This document shows, one piece after another, positions 1 to 13,234 of a DNA stretch of 64,000 nucleotides. The position numbers were made by a program, and so were the translations under genes. Below the pieces are notes generated by a model, which saw only the letters and a program-made list of their open reading frames with translations, was not told where the DNA came from and did not search any database. How positions within the stretch are numbered: the first letter of the stretch is position 1; each line of letters starts with the position of its first letter. The stretch comes from Eledone cirrhosa (lineage: Eukaryota), in assembly GCA_964016885.1 (NCBI GenBank), contig OZ024750.1, positions 18,290,001 to 18,354,000 of the forward strand. Direction: 5' to 3'.

Positions 1-90
1 GAGTTCAAATCCTGCCAAGGTTGATAAAATAAAGTACCAGTAATGCACTGAGATAATTGCTGGCCTTGTGCCAAAAGTAGAAACAGTTAT
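1..90 (+). mobile_element. SINE family A fragment
   Basis: gagttcaaatcctgccaaggttga joined to taaaataaagtaccagtaatgcactg...gtagaaacagttat. Confidence 0.7.
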
Positions 91-386
91 TATAAAGTGA
101 ACTTCTTAACTGTTTGGTCATGCAGACACTATTACTCTCAGATTCTGCTGTAGATTTTTCTCTGCAACAGATTCTTTTTATTCTGTCCATAGAATTGTGG
201 AATAAATCAGATGTAATAACAAAATGCAGCAGTCTTGCTTTAGTTAAGAATTCTAATTTCATAGATAATGCAGTCTTGGTTACAGAGAATTAGATGCATT
301 GTTAACAAAATGATCAATGGTTTGAGGTCAGCAAATGGTTGTTAACGTATTGATATTTAGAATTTACTGATTAATTTTCTTTTAAG

Positions 387-1596
387 CTTCTGTTCACAAG
401 CTAGGCAGTCCATTACATAATCACTACAACTTCTGTTCACAAGCTAGGCAGTCTATTACATATTACATAACCACTGCAACTTCTGTTCACAAGCTAGGCA
501 GTCTATTACATATTACATAACCACTGCAACTTCTGTTCACAAGCTAGGCAGTCTATTACATATTACATAACCACTACAACTTCTGTTCACAAGCTAGGCA
601 GTCTATTACATATTACATAACCACTGCAACTTCTGTTCACAAGCTAGGCAGTCTATTACATATTACATAACCACTACAACTTCTGTTCACAAGCTAGGCA
701 GTCTATTACATATTACATAACCACTACAACTTCTGTTCACAAGCTAGGCAGTCTATTACATATTACATAACCACTACAACTTCTGTTCACAAGCTAGGCA
801 GTCTATTACATATTACATAACCACTACAACTTCTGTTCACAAGCTAGGCAGTCTATTACATATTACATAACCACTACAACTTCTGTTCACAAGCTAGGCA
901 GTCTATTACATATTACATAACCACTGCAACTTCTGTTCACAAGCTAGGCAGTCTATTACATATTACATAACCACTGCAACTTCTGTTCACAAGCTAGGCA
1001 GTCTATTACATATTACATAACCACTGCAACTTCTGTTCACAAGCTAGGCAGTCTATTACATATTACATAACCACTGCAACTTCTGTTCACAAGCTAGGCA
1101 GTCTATTACATATTACATAACCACTGCAACTTCTGTTCACAAGCTAGGCAGTCTATTACATATTACATAACCACTACAACTTCTGTTCACAAGCTAGGCA
1201 GTCTATTACATATTACATAACCACTGCAACTTCTTTTCACAAGCTAGGCAGTCTATTACATAACAACTACAACTTCTGTTCACAAGCTAGGCAGTCCATT
1301 ACATAATCACTACAACTTCTGTTCACAAGCTAGGCAGTCCATTACATAATCACTACAACTTCTGTTCACAAGCTAGGCAGTCCATTACATAATCACTACA
1401 ACTTCTGTTCACAAGCTAGGCAGTCTATTACATATTACATAATCACTACAACTTCTGTTCACAAGCTAGGCAGTCTATTACATATTACATAATCACTACA
1501 ACTTCTGTTCACAAGCTAGGCAGTCTATTACATATTACATAATCACTACAACTTCTGTTCACAAGCTAGGCAGTCTATTACATAACAACTACAACT
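387..1596. repeat. 50-bp minisatellite (about 24 copies, some 43-bp variants)
   Basis: Unit ttctgttcacaagctaggcagtctattacatattacataaccactrcaac. Confidence 0.95.
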
Positions 1597-1831
1597 CACC
1601 ACCACCTCTTCTCTGAAGTTAATGCAGCTAATGACCATTGATAGAATAGTTTATATGAAAATAGTCTTTTGGGAAATATCAGGGTTGTATTTGATGGCAA
1701 GAGACTACATATTGAAAGGAAAGCAATTACATTATTGAACAGTTATTACAGTCAATTAACCCTTTTGATATCAAACTGTCACAAACTGATCATGGTTCTT
1801 TGATAGAGAATTGGTTAGTCTAAAATGTTTA

Positions 1832-2075
1832 TCTTCTACTTCTTCGCCCATTTATTCCTTAAAGGGTCGTGGGGGCAGAATTCCCAAACACTCCTTCCAG
1901 AGGGTTCGGTCAGAAGCAACTATCTCCAACTGATCCAGATAGATCCCCAAGCGAGACCAGCCAAGCTCATGGATATTGTCCAACCATCTTGCTCGGGGTC
2001 TACACTTGGGTCTCCTGCTGGTTAGTTTTGCCCGTAAAATCTGTCCAGTGATTCTTTCCTGAGATATTCTAACCA
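1832..2075 (-). mobile_element. 3' fragment of a different RTE-like LINE
   Basis: RITGQILRAKLTSRRPKCRPRARWLDNI...VASDRTLWKE is a typical RTE C-terminus. (GAA)-like tail after the stop. Confidence 0.7.
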
Positions 2076-2149
2076 TAAAGCTCGTAATATCAGAGCTGTG
2101 ATCTCTCAATTTGGAGAAGTAGTGGCTCTACCCAAACCACGGATACTCC

Positions 2150-3060
2150 CACACACACATTGCCATTACTCACACAAACATTGCCAGCGCCCCCTTATAC
2201 CCACACCCACAAACACATTACCACCACTCCTACACATACATTCTACAAGTCACTCCCACCTCACACACACATACACACACTTTGCCACCACCTACACAAA
2301 CAATCTACCAGTCACTACCTCCCCCAATCACCCCACACCACCCCACTCTCTACCACCACCCACACAGACATTCAACCAGTTACCCCACCCCACTCTCTAC
2401 CACCACCCACACAGACATTATACCAATCACCCCACCCCACTCTCTACCAACACCCACACAGACATTCTACCAGTCACCCCACCCCACTCTCTACCAACAC
2501 CCACACAGACATTCTACCAGTCACCCCACCCCCTACCACTACACACATAGACATTCAACCAGTTACCCCACCCCACTCTCTACCACCACCCACACAAAAA
2601 TTATACCAGTCACCCCACCCCACTCTCTACCACCACCCACACAGACATTCCACCAGCCACCCCACCCCACTCTCTACCACTACACACATAGACATTCCAC
2701 CAGTCACCCCACCCCACTCTCTACCACTACACACATAGACATTCAACCAGTTACCCCACCCCACTCTCTACCACCACCCACACAGACATTCTACCAGTCA
2801 CCCCACCCCACTCTCTACCACTACACATATACTCTACCACCACCCACACAAACATTCTACCAGTTACTCCACCCCCACACACTCTACCAGTCATACTCCC
2901 CCACACACACATTCTACCAGTCATCCCCCCACACACACACACATACAGTCTACCAGTTACTCCCCTCCCCTACACACTCTACCACCCACCCACCCCACTC
3001 ACATTCTACCTTACATCCCCCCCTCCTCCACACACTACCCACTCCTACTACCCCTCTACC
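2150..3060. repeat. C/A-rich region with a 47-bp minisatellite core (about 2330-2830)
   Basis: Unit ccccactctctaccaccacccacacagacattcwaccagtyacccca. Confidence 0.9.
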
Positions 3061-3147
3061 TGCCACCACAACAGTTGCAACAGTCATGTGCAGTCAATAT
3101 GGTAATAATGGAGGTCATTCTAGGTCACAGACTTAGCGATCATTCTT

Positions 3148-3161
3148 GTTTCCATGGAAAC
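3148..3161. promoter_or_regulatory. Perfect palindromic RFX X-box motif
   Basis: GTTTCCATGGAAAC in a short unique island between two microsatellite blocks; function not shown. Confidence 0.3.
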
Positions 3162-3219
3162 TGAATGGTCACATAATTTTCAAAAAGTAGTCCTCATATA
3201 TGGGGGGGGGGGTTAATCG

Positions 3220-3520
3220 TAATGGTGGTGGTGGTGGTGGTGTAGTGGGAGTGATGTGGTGTGCTGGTGGTGATGTAGTGGGGGTGTAGTGGGAGTGATG
3301 CGGTGTGCTGGTGGTGGTGGTGGTGATGTAGTGGGGGTGTAGTGGGAGTGATGTGGTGTGCTGGTGGTGGTGGTGTGAGAGTGTTGTGATGTGGTGTGGT
3401 GATGGTTGGGGTGGTATGGGGGTGGGGTGCTGAGGTTATGTAGTGCTGGTGCAGTATAGCAGTGTAATGTAGTAGTGTTGTGGTGTATTGGTGTGGGAAT
3501 GTTGTTGTAGTGGTGGTCCT
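3220..3520. repeat. G/T-rich degenerate (GTG)n minisatellite
   Basis: Directly visible. Confidence 0.85.
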
Positions 3521-3714
3521 GAGAGGTACAATTGGGCAAGGTCAGCTTTTATCACCTCATCCCAAGTCTTCCGAGGTCTTCGTAATATATATTAGGAGGT
3601 GATAATATTTGTATATTCACACAAATATATATATCTATATATATATATATCTATATATATATATATATATATACCATTATCATGATAAAAGTATATATGT
3701 GTGTGTGTATATTA

Positions 3715-3960
3715 TGTTGGTACCACAAAACACCCAGCCCACACTGTAAAGTGGTTGTGTAAAAGACAGCAAAAAGCACCCAGCACACTCTTTAAGTGTG
3801 GTTGGCATTAGGAGGGGCACCCAGCCGTAGAAAACCAGCCAGAAACAGTCTTGTATGAGCAAGACATGGTCACCCAACCCAACTTGCCTCTAAATGGGAT
3901 AAACCCATCTAACCCATGCTAGCGTGGAAAATGGACGTTAAACGATGATGAAGATGATGA
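3715..3960 (+). mobile_element. 3' half of a family-B-related SINE
   Basis: aaaagcacccagcacact...ggttggcattaggaggggcacccagccgtagaaa...aacccatgctagcgtggaaaatggacgttaaacgatgatg. Similar copy at 30347-30603. Confidence 0.7.
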
Positions 3961-5727
3961 TATATGTATGTGATGTCTGAGTCACATACATACCATATAT
4001 CAAATATTACTCTGATTTGTGGTCTTCCTGGTCTCTATAAGAACTGTGTGCTCATGCGTGGTGATGCTATAAAATAGCTTATAAAATAGGATGAAGACCC
4101 ATAAAAACAGAAAAAGAAGTTGCCATCAGCTGCTATGAGGAATCAAACTCCATATCTCCCAGATATACACACACAGATATATATATATATTCTGTGTTAC
4201 CCAAACTTAGAAGCTCAAAAGCCGTTTGCAATAACAACTTCATCAAATAATTAATTAATATTTACTGATTGCTTTCCAATTATTTGATTGATCTTAACTG
4301 CTGACTACTCAACATTGGGCAAGATATGTCTCCAGAAATTTTCCCAAGCCCAGAGGTTCATCAGCCAAGAACATATCCCACTTTCATTGGCATTGAGTAA
4401 CTGAAAATACAAAACCCTCCCCTGTAGAAGATTCTAGTTCAATGCAAGGTTAACTCCTCAGCTATTGTTGATACTCATTTATTTTTCAACAGAGTTTCTT
4501 TGCTGTGTTATGCTCAATAACATAACACATCACACAATCCAACATTATGACCACAAGGCCAACACTTTAACCACTAAGCCACATACATTTACAATACAAT
4601 TATATTTATAAACCAAACTATAAACTAAAAATTCTCAGATCGGTCCTTTGTAGTCTGGTCTGAGGATTGAACTCGCAGATTAATGATCATGAGACACACA
4701 TGCTAACCACTAGACTGCACACCTTCACAACACAATTATACCTCAAATTTAAACCAAACTACACAGTAAAAATCTTGATAGAAGGTCTCTCATAAAAGAT
4801 ATTAGTTTACTGTTCTTATCTCTGTTGTTTAAACATCCACAAAATCTTCACAAGTAACCAATGTAAACTGAGAATGGTCTGACTTCTTTCTTCAGACTTG
4901 AATTCCAAGCATTCTTTTACCAATATATTTTAGTGTTTACTAACAGACTCGGCACTGAAACTACTGGTGATTCATGCTTCTCTTTATTGTCTGGTTGGCA
5001 TAACAACTTACTCACCATTCTTACACTGATGCTAAGGTAGCTGTAATATTATCATCTTAACTCTTTTGATACCAAACCACACATGATTTTATCATACAAA
5101 ATTGTTTATTTTAAAGTGTTTTAAATTTGTAAATAAAGACTGCTACTTAATATTAGAATCTCTTCCACAAGAGTAAGTATGGCTCTGAAGTAATTCTCAT
5201 TGGAAATTTCCTTATTAATCAATGTTAATCCTTTTTATACCAAACCACACAAAACCACCCCTGGTCCTATGATACAAGGCTGTTTATTTTAAAATAATTA
5301 TATTTATCTAAAACCTTCCATGTTATTATCAAAGAAGATAAGTATATTGTTAAATCCAGAACAGAAAGAGGTGAGAGAATTCTGGCCAGATACGGCTGGT
5401 TTAAATGATGATAAATATTACTAATGTCACAATAAAATGCACCCAGTACACACTGTAAACTGGTAGTGCTGGTGCCATGATATAAAGTACCCAGTCCCCT
5501 GTTAGGTGGTAGTAGTGGCGCCAAAATAAAATGGTGCTAGTATATGCTGTGAAATGATTGGTTGGCATTAGAAAGGACATCCTGCCATAGAAACCATGTC
5601 AGAATGGAATGTATGAGTGTGACAGTCATCTGAACTGTTTAATCTTACAATGTGACAACCTAACACATGCTTGCATGGAAAATAGATATTAAACAGTGAT
5701 GATGTTGATTATATATATATATATATA

Positions 5728-6055
5728 TAGGAAAAAGTATATAGGAAAAAGTATATAGGAAAAAGTATGACCCCGACGGCTATTTCTGGACTAAATTAGA
5801 ATTTTTAGTCTGGTAAATAAAATTTTATTTACCAGACTAAAAATTCTAATTTAGTCCAGAAATAGCCGTCGAAACGGCTTGAGCTCTGCCGTCGGGGTCA
5901 TACTTTTTCCTATATATATATATATATATATATATATAATCAGCATCATCACTGTCGGCATCATACTTTTTCCTATTACCCACTCTACTACCCTAAGTAT
6001 TGAGTACTCTGGTGTGTTATGGTCCATCTGGTTCTTTACCACAACTCCTTCGTTA
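5728..6055. mobile_element. Fold-back element in (TA)n containing a 98-bp perfect palindrome (5774-5871)
   Basis: Palindrome checked base by base, centre at 5822/5823. Outer inverted repeat 5755-5780 / 5888-5913. Homologous to 24445-24636. Confidence 0.8.
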
Positions 6056-6371
6056 TATATATATATATAAAACCCATGCTAGCGTGGAAGATGGATGTTA
6101 AATGATGATGATGATGATATATATTGTCTAAAGAATAATTCTAGATAAATAATATTTAGCTATTTTATTAGATTTTGAAAAAAGAAAACATATTTATTAA
6201 ATTTAATTTGTTTTCAGTTGCTAATTGCATTAAAAAACTTATTCTTAATAATTTTCTCAAGATGCAAAAATTAATTCAAGCCAAAATATATTCTGCTCTT
6301 ACACACACACAAAAAAAAGAAAATGTATGTGTATGTGTGCATATGTGTGTATGTGTATGTGTGTAATGATG

Positions 6372-6625
6372 ATGTGTGACATAGTGGTTAGGGTGCTGGA
6401 CTTGCAGTCATAATGTTGTAGGTTTGATTTCTGGACTAGGTGGAGCAGTGTTGTTGAGTAAAACACTTCATTTCATATTACTTCAGTCAACTCAGCTGAG
6501 GACCAGCTGCAACTGGGGGTTGACTCTGTTATGGGATAGTAGGAGTATTGTACTATCAATCATTTTTATGGCAATGAAATCAGGATAGGCGTCAGGCTGA
6601 TGAACCTCTGGGTTTTGGGACATAC
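6372..6625 (+). mobile_element. Older CORE-type SINE (relatives at about 4340-4585, 28665-28868, 52288-52500, 61770-62000)
   Basis: tagtggttagggtg...ggtttgatt...ttgagtaaaacacttcatttcatatt.cttcagtcaactcagctg. Confidence 0.6.
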
Positions 6626-6694
6626 TTTAGCATTTTAATAAGAGGAAATGTCAAAATTTTATAAGTGACATCTAGTTTATATGTATACATTAAA

Positions 6695-6880
6695 TAATTG
6701 TTTCTACTTTCGACACAAGGCCAGTAAATACCCAGTACATTACTGGTACTTTATTTTATCGACCTCGTAAGGATGAAAGGCAAAGTTAACCTCGGCGGGA
6801 TTTGAACTCAGATCGTAAAGGGACGTAACTATGCTGGAAAGCATGTCCGACCCTCTACCAATTCTGCCAATCCACCGCCC
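6695..6880 (-). mobile_element. tRNA-headed SINE family A (Meta-domain-like core)
   Basis: Minus strand: ggcggtggattggcagaattggtag (A-box-like), gagttcaaatcc (B box), tttgcctttcatcctt.cg.ggtcgataaaataaagtaccagt. Target-site duplication tgtatacattaaataat. Confidence 0.85.
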
Positions 6881-7272
6881 TGTATGTATACATTATGTAT
6901 ACATTAAATAATGATGAGGATGATGATATGGTGTGAGTGTATATCACAATTGGAGAGTGTATACTGGGTTAAGTAATAGTTTAGTGTGGGTGGAATTTCC
7001 AATATGCTAGTTTGTATTTGTCAGCATGTCTGCACCATAATGAAGTCAGTTATGCTATTTAGACAGTTATCTGATCTTTATTTAATCCAATATGTGTGCA
7101 CTTCCAGCTTTACAAAAGTGGAACTTCCTTATCTAGTTGGCCTATGGTATGCATATCTCAAGACCTTTACATTTGATATCATAACTTGCATTCAGCTTTT
7201 TCAGGTCCCAAATACGGTTGGTTAGTGTCATGGATGTCTGCTTGTCAATGTATCTGAAGGATGTTTTAGGGT

Positions 7273-7486
7273 TTAACCCTTTAGCATTTAAACCGGCCAT
7301 GTCCAGCCAGAATTCTTTCACCTCTTTCAGTTCAAACTGGCTGTAACCAGCCACTCATACTGATGTTAAGAAATTGTTCTTAAAATAAATAATATCAAAA
7401 ACTCAGTTTCAATATTATGTGAGGTAAAGTGTTTACTGTGAAAATACAAGAGTAAATATAGAGTAATGTAAACGCTAAAGGGTTAA
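7273..7486 (+). mobile_element. piggyBac-type MITE family A
   Basis: TTAA-CCCTTTAGCATTTA ... TAAACGCTAAAGGG-TTAA terminal inverted repeats with TTAA duplication. A truncated copy follows at 7722-7931. Confidence 0.85.
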
Positions 7487-7931
7487 AAAAAAAGGATGAA
7501 TTTCCCTTCAACCAAACCTACGCACTGCTGCTTCTAATCTAAAGAGCATGTATCAGCCTTCCTACACAACTGGAACATCCTGTTTAACTGGTTTATTGGT
7601 AAGAAATGTCTTCATATTAGAAGAGCAACAGTAGTTAATTTTGACACAACCTGAAATATTTTCCTCTATCTGTGATTTACAGGAAAACTCCTGTCTACAA
7701 TATCCATATTAGTTATAATGCTTAACCCTCTAGCATTTAAACCAGCCATATCCGGCCAGAATTCTCTCACCTCTTTCTGTTCAAACTGACTGTAACTGGC
7801 TGTTCATACTTATGTTAAGGTATTGTTCTCAAAATAAATAGCATCAAAATCTCGCAGATTCGATATTATGTGAGATATTTATATGAGGTAAAGCCTTTAC
7901 CATGAAAATTCAATAGTATATATATAGAGTA

Positions 7932-8263
7932 ATCATCATTTTACGTCCGCTTTTTCCTTGCTTGCAAGGGTGGGACGGAAACTGATTCTGGCTTGATTTC
8001 TACAGCTGGATGCCCTTCCTAACACCAACCTCATTTACAGTGAGTGCTGGGTGCTTTTTTGCCGTGGCACCTCCACGACCACTTTGCAGTGGAATGATAG
8101 GGACCCCAGTCCCTATCATCTCATTTCTACAGCTGAGTAAACTGGAGCAATGTGAAATAAAGTGTCTTGCTCAAGGAAACAACACATCACTCGGTCTGAG
8201 AATTGAACTCACAACCTTCCGATTGCAAGGCCAATGCTCTAACCACTAAGCTATGTGCCTCCA
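7932..8263 (-). mobile_element. SINE family B: tRNA head, CORE-like segment, V-like segment, RTE-derived tail
   Basis: Minus strand: ggaggcacatagcttagtggttagag...gagttcaattc...ccttgagcaagacacttt...ggttggtgttaggaagggcatccagctgtagaaa...cgtcccacccttgcaagcaaggaaaaagcggacgtaaaatgatg. Confidence 0.85.
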
Positions 8264-8493
8264 TGGTGAAATGGGCACCAATCAGATAATTTTTCTGGGT
8301 CATGACAGTTGCACTCGAGGTGTAAGAAATTCTCTCCAAAGTTGGTTAAAGCCATCCTTGTTTATGACCCATAACTTCAACAAAAAAGTGCTTGGTAAAA
8401 TAAGAGATATATTTTTTTTTTAAATTGGTACTGAGATCAATATGATTAATCTCCTTTCAAGGAGGCACTCCAGCATGGTCGCAGTCTATTGAC

Positions 8494-8670
8494 TTAACCC
8501 TTTAGCATTTACATTACTCCATATTTACTATTGTATTTTCACGGTAAAGGCTTTACCTCACATAATATCGAATCTATGAGATTTTGATATCATTTATTTT
8601 CAGAACAATACCTTAACATCAGTATGAGAATTCTAGCCAGATATGGCCTGTTTAAATGCTAAAGGGTTAA
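8494..8670 (-). mobile_element. MITE family A, internally deleted
   Basis: Both terminal inverted repeats and both TTAA present. Confidence 0.85.
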
Positions 8671-9017
8671 ACCAGTAAAAAAGATAAAACAATAAAAGAA
8701 AGAATAATGTCATGTACAGAAATGTGAATTTTGAATAAAAAAAATTTATTTAAATTTAAGATAAACTAAAAAAAAATCATCAAAATAAAAATTTCAGGAA
8801 AAAAAATAAAAAGACAAAAACCATCTTATTTGAGCATTAATGATTGATTTAACAATGGTGCAGAAGTGGAGAACAGATCATTTGTTATGGTTTCATCAAA
8901 CAACTCATTAGGTTGTACACAAAGTGTCCAAGAAGGACGGAACAGAGAGAAAAAAAAACAACAAAATACAAACATATGCCAGAGATTTCAGTCATTGGCA
9001 AAACATGTAAAATCGAT

Positions 9018-9510
9018 TTAACCCTTTTGATATCAAACCACTCCTGGTTCTATCATACAAAACTATCAAACAAACTGAAACCATCCTCAGTGTTTATATT
9101 TATCTGAAAACTGTTCATCATAATTTTATCTAAGAACCTTTGTTATGTTCTAAATACCAGCTTAATGATGAAAAATTTAGTTATATTATTAAATCCCTCA
9201 AAATTCTTGATTATTTTCAAAATCATTTGAAAATTATAGACTATCTTTCATTAAAAAAAATGGTCAAAAATAAACCTTTGATACCCACTCTGCCTGAAAC
9301 AACCCCTGGTTGTATGCTACAAAACTGGTTTGCTTTAAAAACCTTCCATCATAATTTTGTGTAAGAACCTTTGTTATATTATGTGTCAAACCTTCTATCA
9401 TAATTTTATGTAAGAACCATTGTAAAGTTATGTTCCAAATGCCAGATAAATGAAAAAAATTAACTCCCTAAATTAATTGAAAATGAAAGTCAGTGTTTCA
9501 AGAAGGTTTA
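9018..9510 (+). mobile_element. piggyBac-type MITE family B, tandem decayed copies (others at about 1756, 5226, 11125, 22330, 43315, 52217)
   Basis: Recurrent start ttaacccttttgata.caaac...ctggttctatgatac and end ...ttcattagaaatatggtaacaaaagggttaa. Confidence 0.65.
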
Positions 9511-10006
9511 AACTATTTGATTGCACTCAAAGAGTTTGAGAAGGTTGGAAGGAGGGGACAAAAAAATATACACCGCAGATTTCACTCATTAAAAATTGGC
9601 AAAATATGTAAAAATGATTGATTTAAGATATAAAAAAAGTTTATTGCGGGAATATAGAATTTTTAAAATTTTCTTATATGAAAACAATTACACTGTGAAA
9701 GAGTCACTTCAGCCACTCTAAAACTGTTTAATTCAGTTCACATTTATCATTTATTTCTTAGTGTTAAACTTTTAATCGTAGTGTTTGCAACTGTCACTGA
9801 AACTTAAATTTACTTTCCATTTATTTCTTGATATTAAAATTTTCATCACACTATTTGTGACCTGGTCACAGACACAGTTGATCTTTTAAATTCACCTTAC
9901 ATTTATTACTTGGTGTTGAACTTTTCATCACACTCTTTGCAGTCTGGTTACTGAATTAGTTCCACTACAATTGTCTCAGCGGGACTATTGCAATGATACT
10001 AAAAAC

Positions 10007-10542
10007 CAGAGGCATATCTAAGGTATGGCAAGCATGGCACGTCGTGCCATGGGTGTCACTTGAAAGGGGGGAGGGGGGGCACTACCTGGACTAGGAGAAC
10101 TTTTTATTAAAGTCAGATAAGCTATCGTCAGAGAGTGAAAAAAGAAACTTCTTCAGATGTATAATGTCTTTGATTACCATGGGTGAGAAACATTATGGTG
10201 GCTGGATCATTAAACCATTTATATAAATTATTAGGCCACAGAGGCATACCTCATAGTATGACTTGTCAAATATTTTAATAGAGTCTAGTATTTGTCAAAG
10301 ATCAGTATTACACAGATCACTCCCTTTAAATACACTAACACTTTTGCCAATACTTTACGTATACTTAAGCGTAAAGGGTACCTATAGAAGAAAGGAAAAT
10401 GCAGCTTAATACTCTAAACTCTCATTTATTTAAACTGCGCTGTCAACCTCATTGTCTAACAACTACTATATAGCTTGCTGCAGGGGCAGAGCCACAATTT
10501 CAATGTTTGCCATAGGAGCTATTTTCTCTTGTTACACCTCTG
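10007..10542. mobile_element. Non-autonomous hAT-like DNA transposon
   Basis: Termini cagaggcatatctag / cttgttacacctctg. 8-bp flanking duplication ctaaaaac (9999-10006) / ctagaaac (10543-10550). Confidence 0.65.
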
Positions 10543-10654
10543 CTAGAAACTAAATAAAAAAAACTGTTCTTATATGTCAAATATTGTTTTAATTTCATTT
10601 AAGATCATTATGTGTGTACAAAACAAGATTTACATGTCATAAATATAATGATAT

Positions 10655-10737
10655 TTATCCTTACGGGGTCGATAAAATAAAAGTACCAGTAATGCACTGG
10701 GTAATTGCTGGCCTTGTGCCTAAAGTAGAAACAATTA
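10655..10737 (+). mobile_element. SINE family A 3' fragment
   Basis: atccttacggggtcgataaaataaaagtaccagtaatgcactgggtaattgctggccttgtgcctaaagtagaaacaatt. Confidence 0.75.
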
Positions 10738-12369
10738 TATTTGAAAGGCTTACATATAACATAAACCTTGTGCATGTTTCAAAAACAAAGGCCCATAACT
10801 TTTCATCTATAGTAGAGTTATATCCCTTGAAATTTATAATAGACTACCAATATATAATAGTCTTGTGTATTTGTCTGTCACACACGAGAGATAACTGAGG
10901 AAGGAAGAAGGGCGATTACGTGGACTCAGGCAGGAGGGGGTGATAATGTCAACTGAAGAAGGCAGGGATGTATTTGTGTTTTGTATCACTTGTGTGAGTG
11001 AGCGCAAAGGAACCAACAAACAAATAGCTCTTTTTTTATATCATGTATAGATATTACAATTAGCCATCATTATTGACAGCACGGGGCCAGCTGGTATATC
11101 ATTATAATTCATAATATAAACTATCTTAGCCATTTTCATATCAAACAAACTGAAACCATTTTTGGTTCTAAGATACTAAGCTGTTTGTTTAAAAGTGTTT
11201 ATATTTATCTAAAAACCATCCCTTGTAATTTTATATAAGTACCTTTGCAAAGTTATGTACCAAACACCAGCTAAATAATGAGAAAGTTACTTATATTGCA
11301 AAATTCTTATGAATTATTGATTATTATGCTGTCACAATAAACGGTGAGGATTAGATTTACATCCGTAAGCACAATTTTGACTTACTTTCTTTTCTTCTGA
11401 ATTAAATCTGAGTCTTTACTCTAAAATTTAAACACCTTGTTTATCAGAAAATATCTAAAACAGGTTTAATTCTAATGTTTTTAGTATCTTAACTGATGGA
11501 CAGATCATTGTGGAAACTTCTATTATATCTTAACATTCTGTAATAATTTATTAGAAAATATATATAAACATGTTTGTTAATTCAAATGTTTAAAGTATTT
11601 TCACTGGCAGACAGATAATCGTGAAAATGTGTAATATCATCCCTTAACACTGTAATAATTTAGCAGAAAATATTTTAAAATATCTTTGTTAATTTAAATG
11701 CTTGTAGATTCTTTATTTGCAGACAAATCTAGTGGAAGCCTAGCCTAATAAGCTAATTAAAATGAAAACCATCTGCATTGTTGGTTTTACTCTACTATCA
11801 TGTACACACCTTTTAACATCAAAATGATTCCAGAGTTGTTAGCTTTATACATTAACCACCTCAAGCTGTTATCTTCTAGAGAAACCATTGTCTCAGACAT
11901 TCTCTTTGGTTTTGAAATTACTTAAAAGAAAGGAGAGAAAATAAGCAAAACATGGAATAATATGGCCATGAATACATTTCCAGCATATTTCAACAATTCC
12001 AAGTAAAATAAGGAGCAACGAGCATGGGTCTCGCTCATGTTTGTTGGTCTTTGAAGAGGGGCAAATCATTTATTTTGTTTGTCGTACAATATAGAATGTA
12101 CATGAGCACACAGATACATATATAAACATATACACACATACATAGATAAACATTTATACACACATATACATATATACACATAAAACATATACATATATAA
12201 ACATGTATACACATTTACACACATACATATATAAACATATATACACATTTACACATGGATAAACATTTATACACACATATATATATACACTTACATAGAT
12301 AAACATATAACAGACATATATAAACATCTATACATATATACACATACAAATATATATACATCCATAAAC

Positions 12370-12415
<46 letters not shown>

Positions 12416-12755
12416 AAAACAAAGCAAGAAATTTTCATTTTGTTAATAGTTGAGCTTGAGAATGAAATATAAAAATAAAAATACAAAATAAAAATGTTGC
12501 CACAATAAATATGAAATTATTTTGTTTTGTTTTGTTTTTCACACAGATTGTCAAGAATAACCCCCAAAATAAAACGTTTGGAAGAAGACAGAAGGACATT
12601 TTGGATACAATGTAAAGAAACTGCTTGTTCCAATGGTTGGTTGATGTAGAATAACACTAATTTACAGACGTTTTAGTTAGATATCGCATGTAGTATAACA
12701 TGAAGAACATTTACAGCAGACAGAAAAAGTTTTGGTAGATATCACTATGGCATTC

Positions 12756-13234
12756 TTAACTCTTAACATCCTCTAATGAATTAGTAGAAAATATCTAAAA
12801 ATGGGTTTGTTAATTCAAATGTTTATAGTATCTTTACTAGTTGGAGAGATCGTTGTAAAAATTTGCAGTATTATCTCTTAACATCCTTTAAGGATTTTGT
12901 AGAAAATATCTAAAAATGTTTATTAATTTAAATGTTTAAAGTATCTTTACTAGTAAACAGGTTGTGAAAATTTGCAGTAAACTAAAGACTTCAATTTTTA
13001 ATGTGATGCAGTCGTTTTTTTTCCTAAATATTGTATACACAGGATTGTAAATTAACTCTTAATATCCTGTAATAATTTAGCAGAAAATATTTTAAAATGG
13101 GTTTTCTAATTCAAATGTTTACTAGTAAACTAAAGGCTTTAATTTTTAATGTGATGCAATCATAGTCCTGTTTTGTATATTTTAAAACTTTCTTGCTAAT
13201 GCAGTTTCATGTGGTGCAGGATGTTAAGAGTTAA
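12756..13234. mobile_element. TTAA-bounded MITE family C with internal degenerate tandem units
   Basis: ttaa-CTCTTAACATCC ... GGATGTTAAGAG-ttaa. Related units of about 120 bp also occur at 11440-11720. Confidence 0.6.

Noticed and set aside
2098-3136. Pro/Thr/His-rich mucin-like ORFs
   Set aside because: A 47-bp minisatellite open in all three frames; the unit is not a multiple of three.
6597-6625. CTGATGA as a hammerhead core (also at about 16662 and 62605)
   Set aside because: No properly spaced stem II, GAAA and NUH; these lie in a SINE tail, the CDS and a LINE remnant respectively.
8170-8263. tRNA genes at SINE heads (also other copies)
   Set aside because: A and B boxes are present but there is no complete cloverleaf, and the sequence runs straight into SINE bodies.
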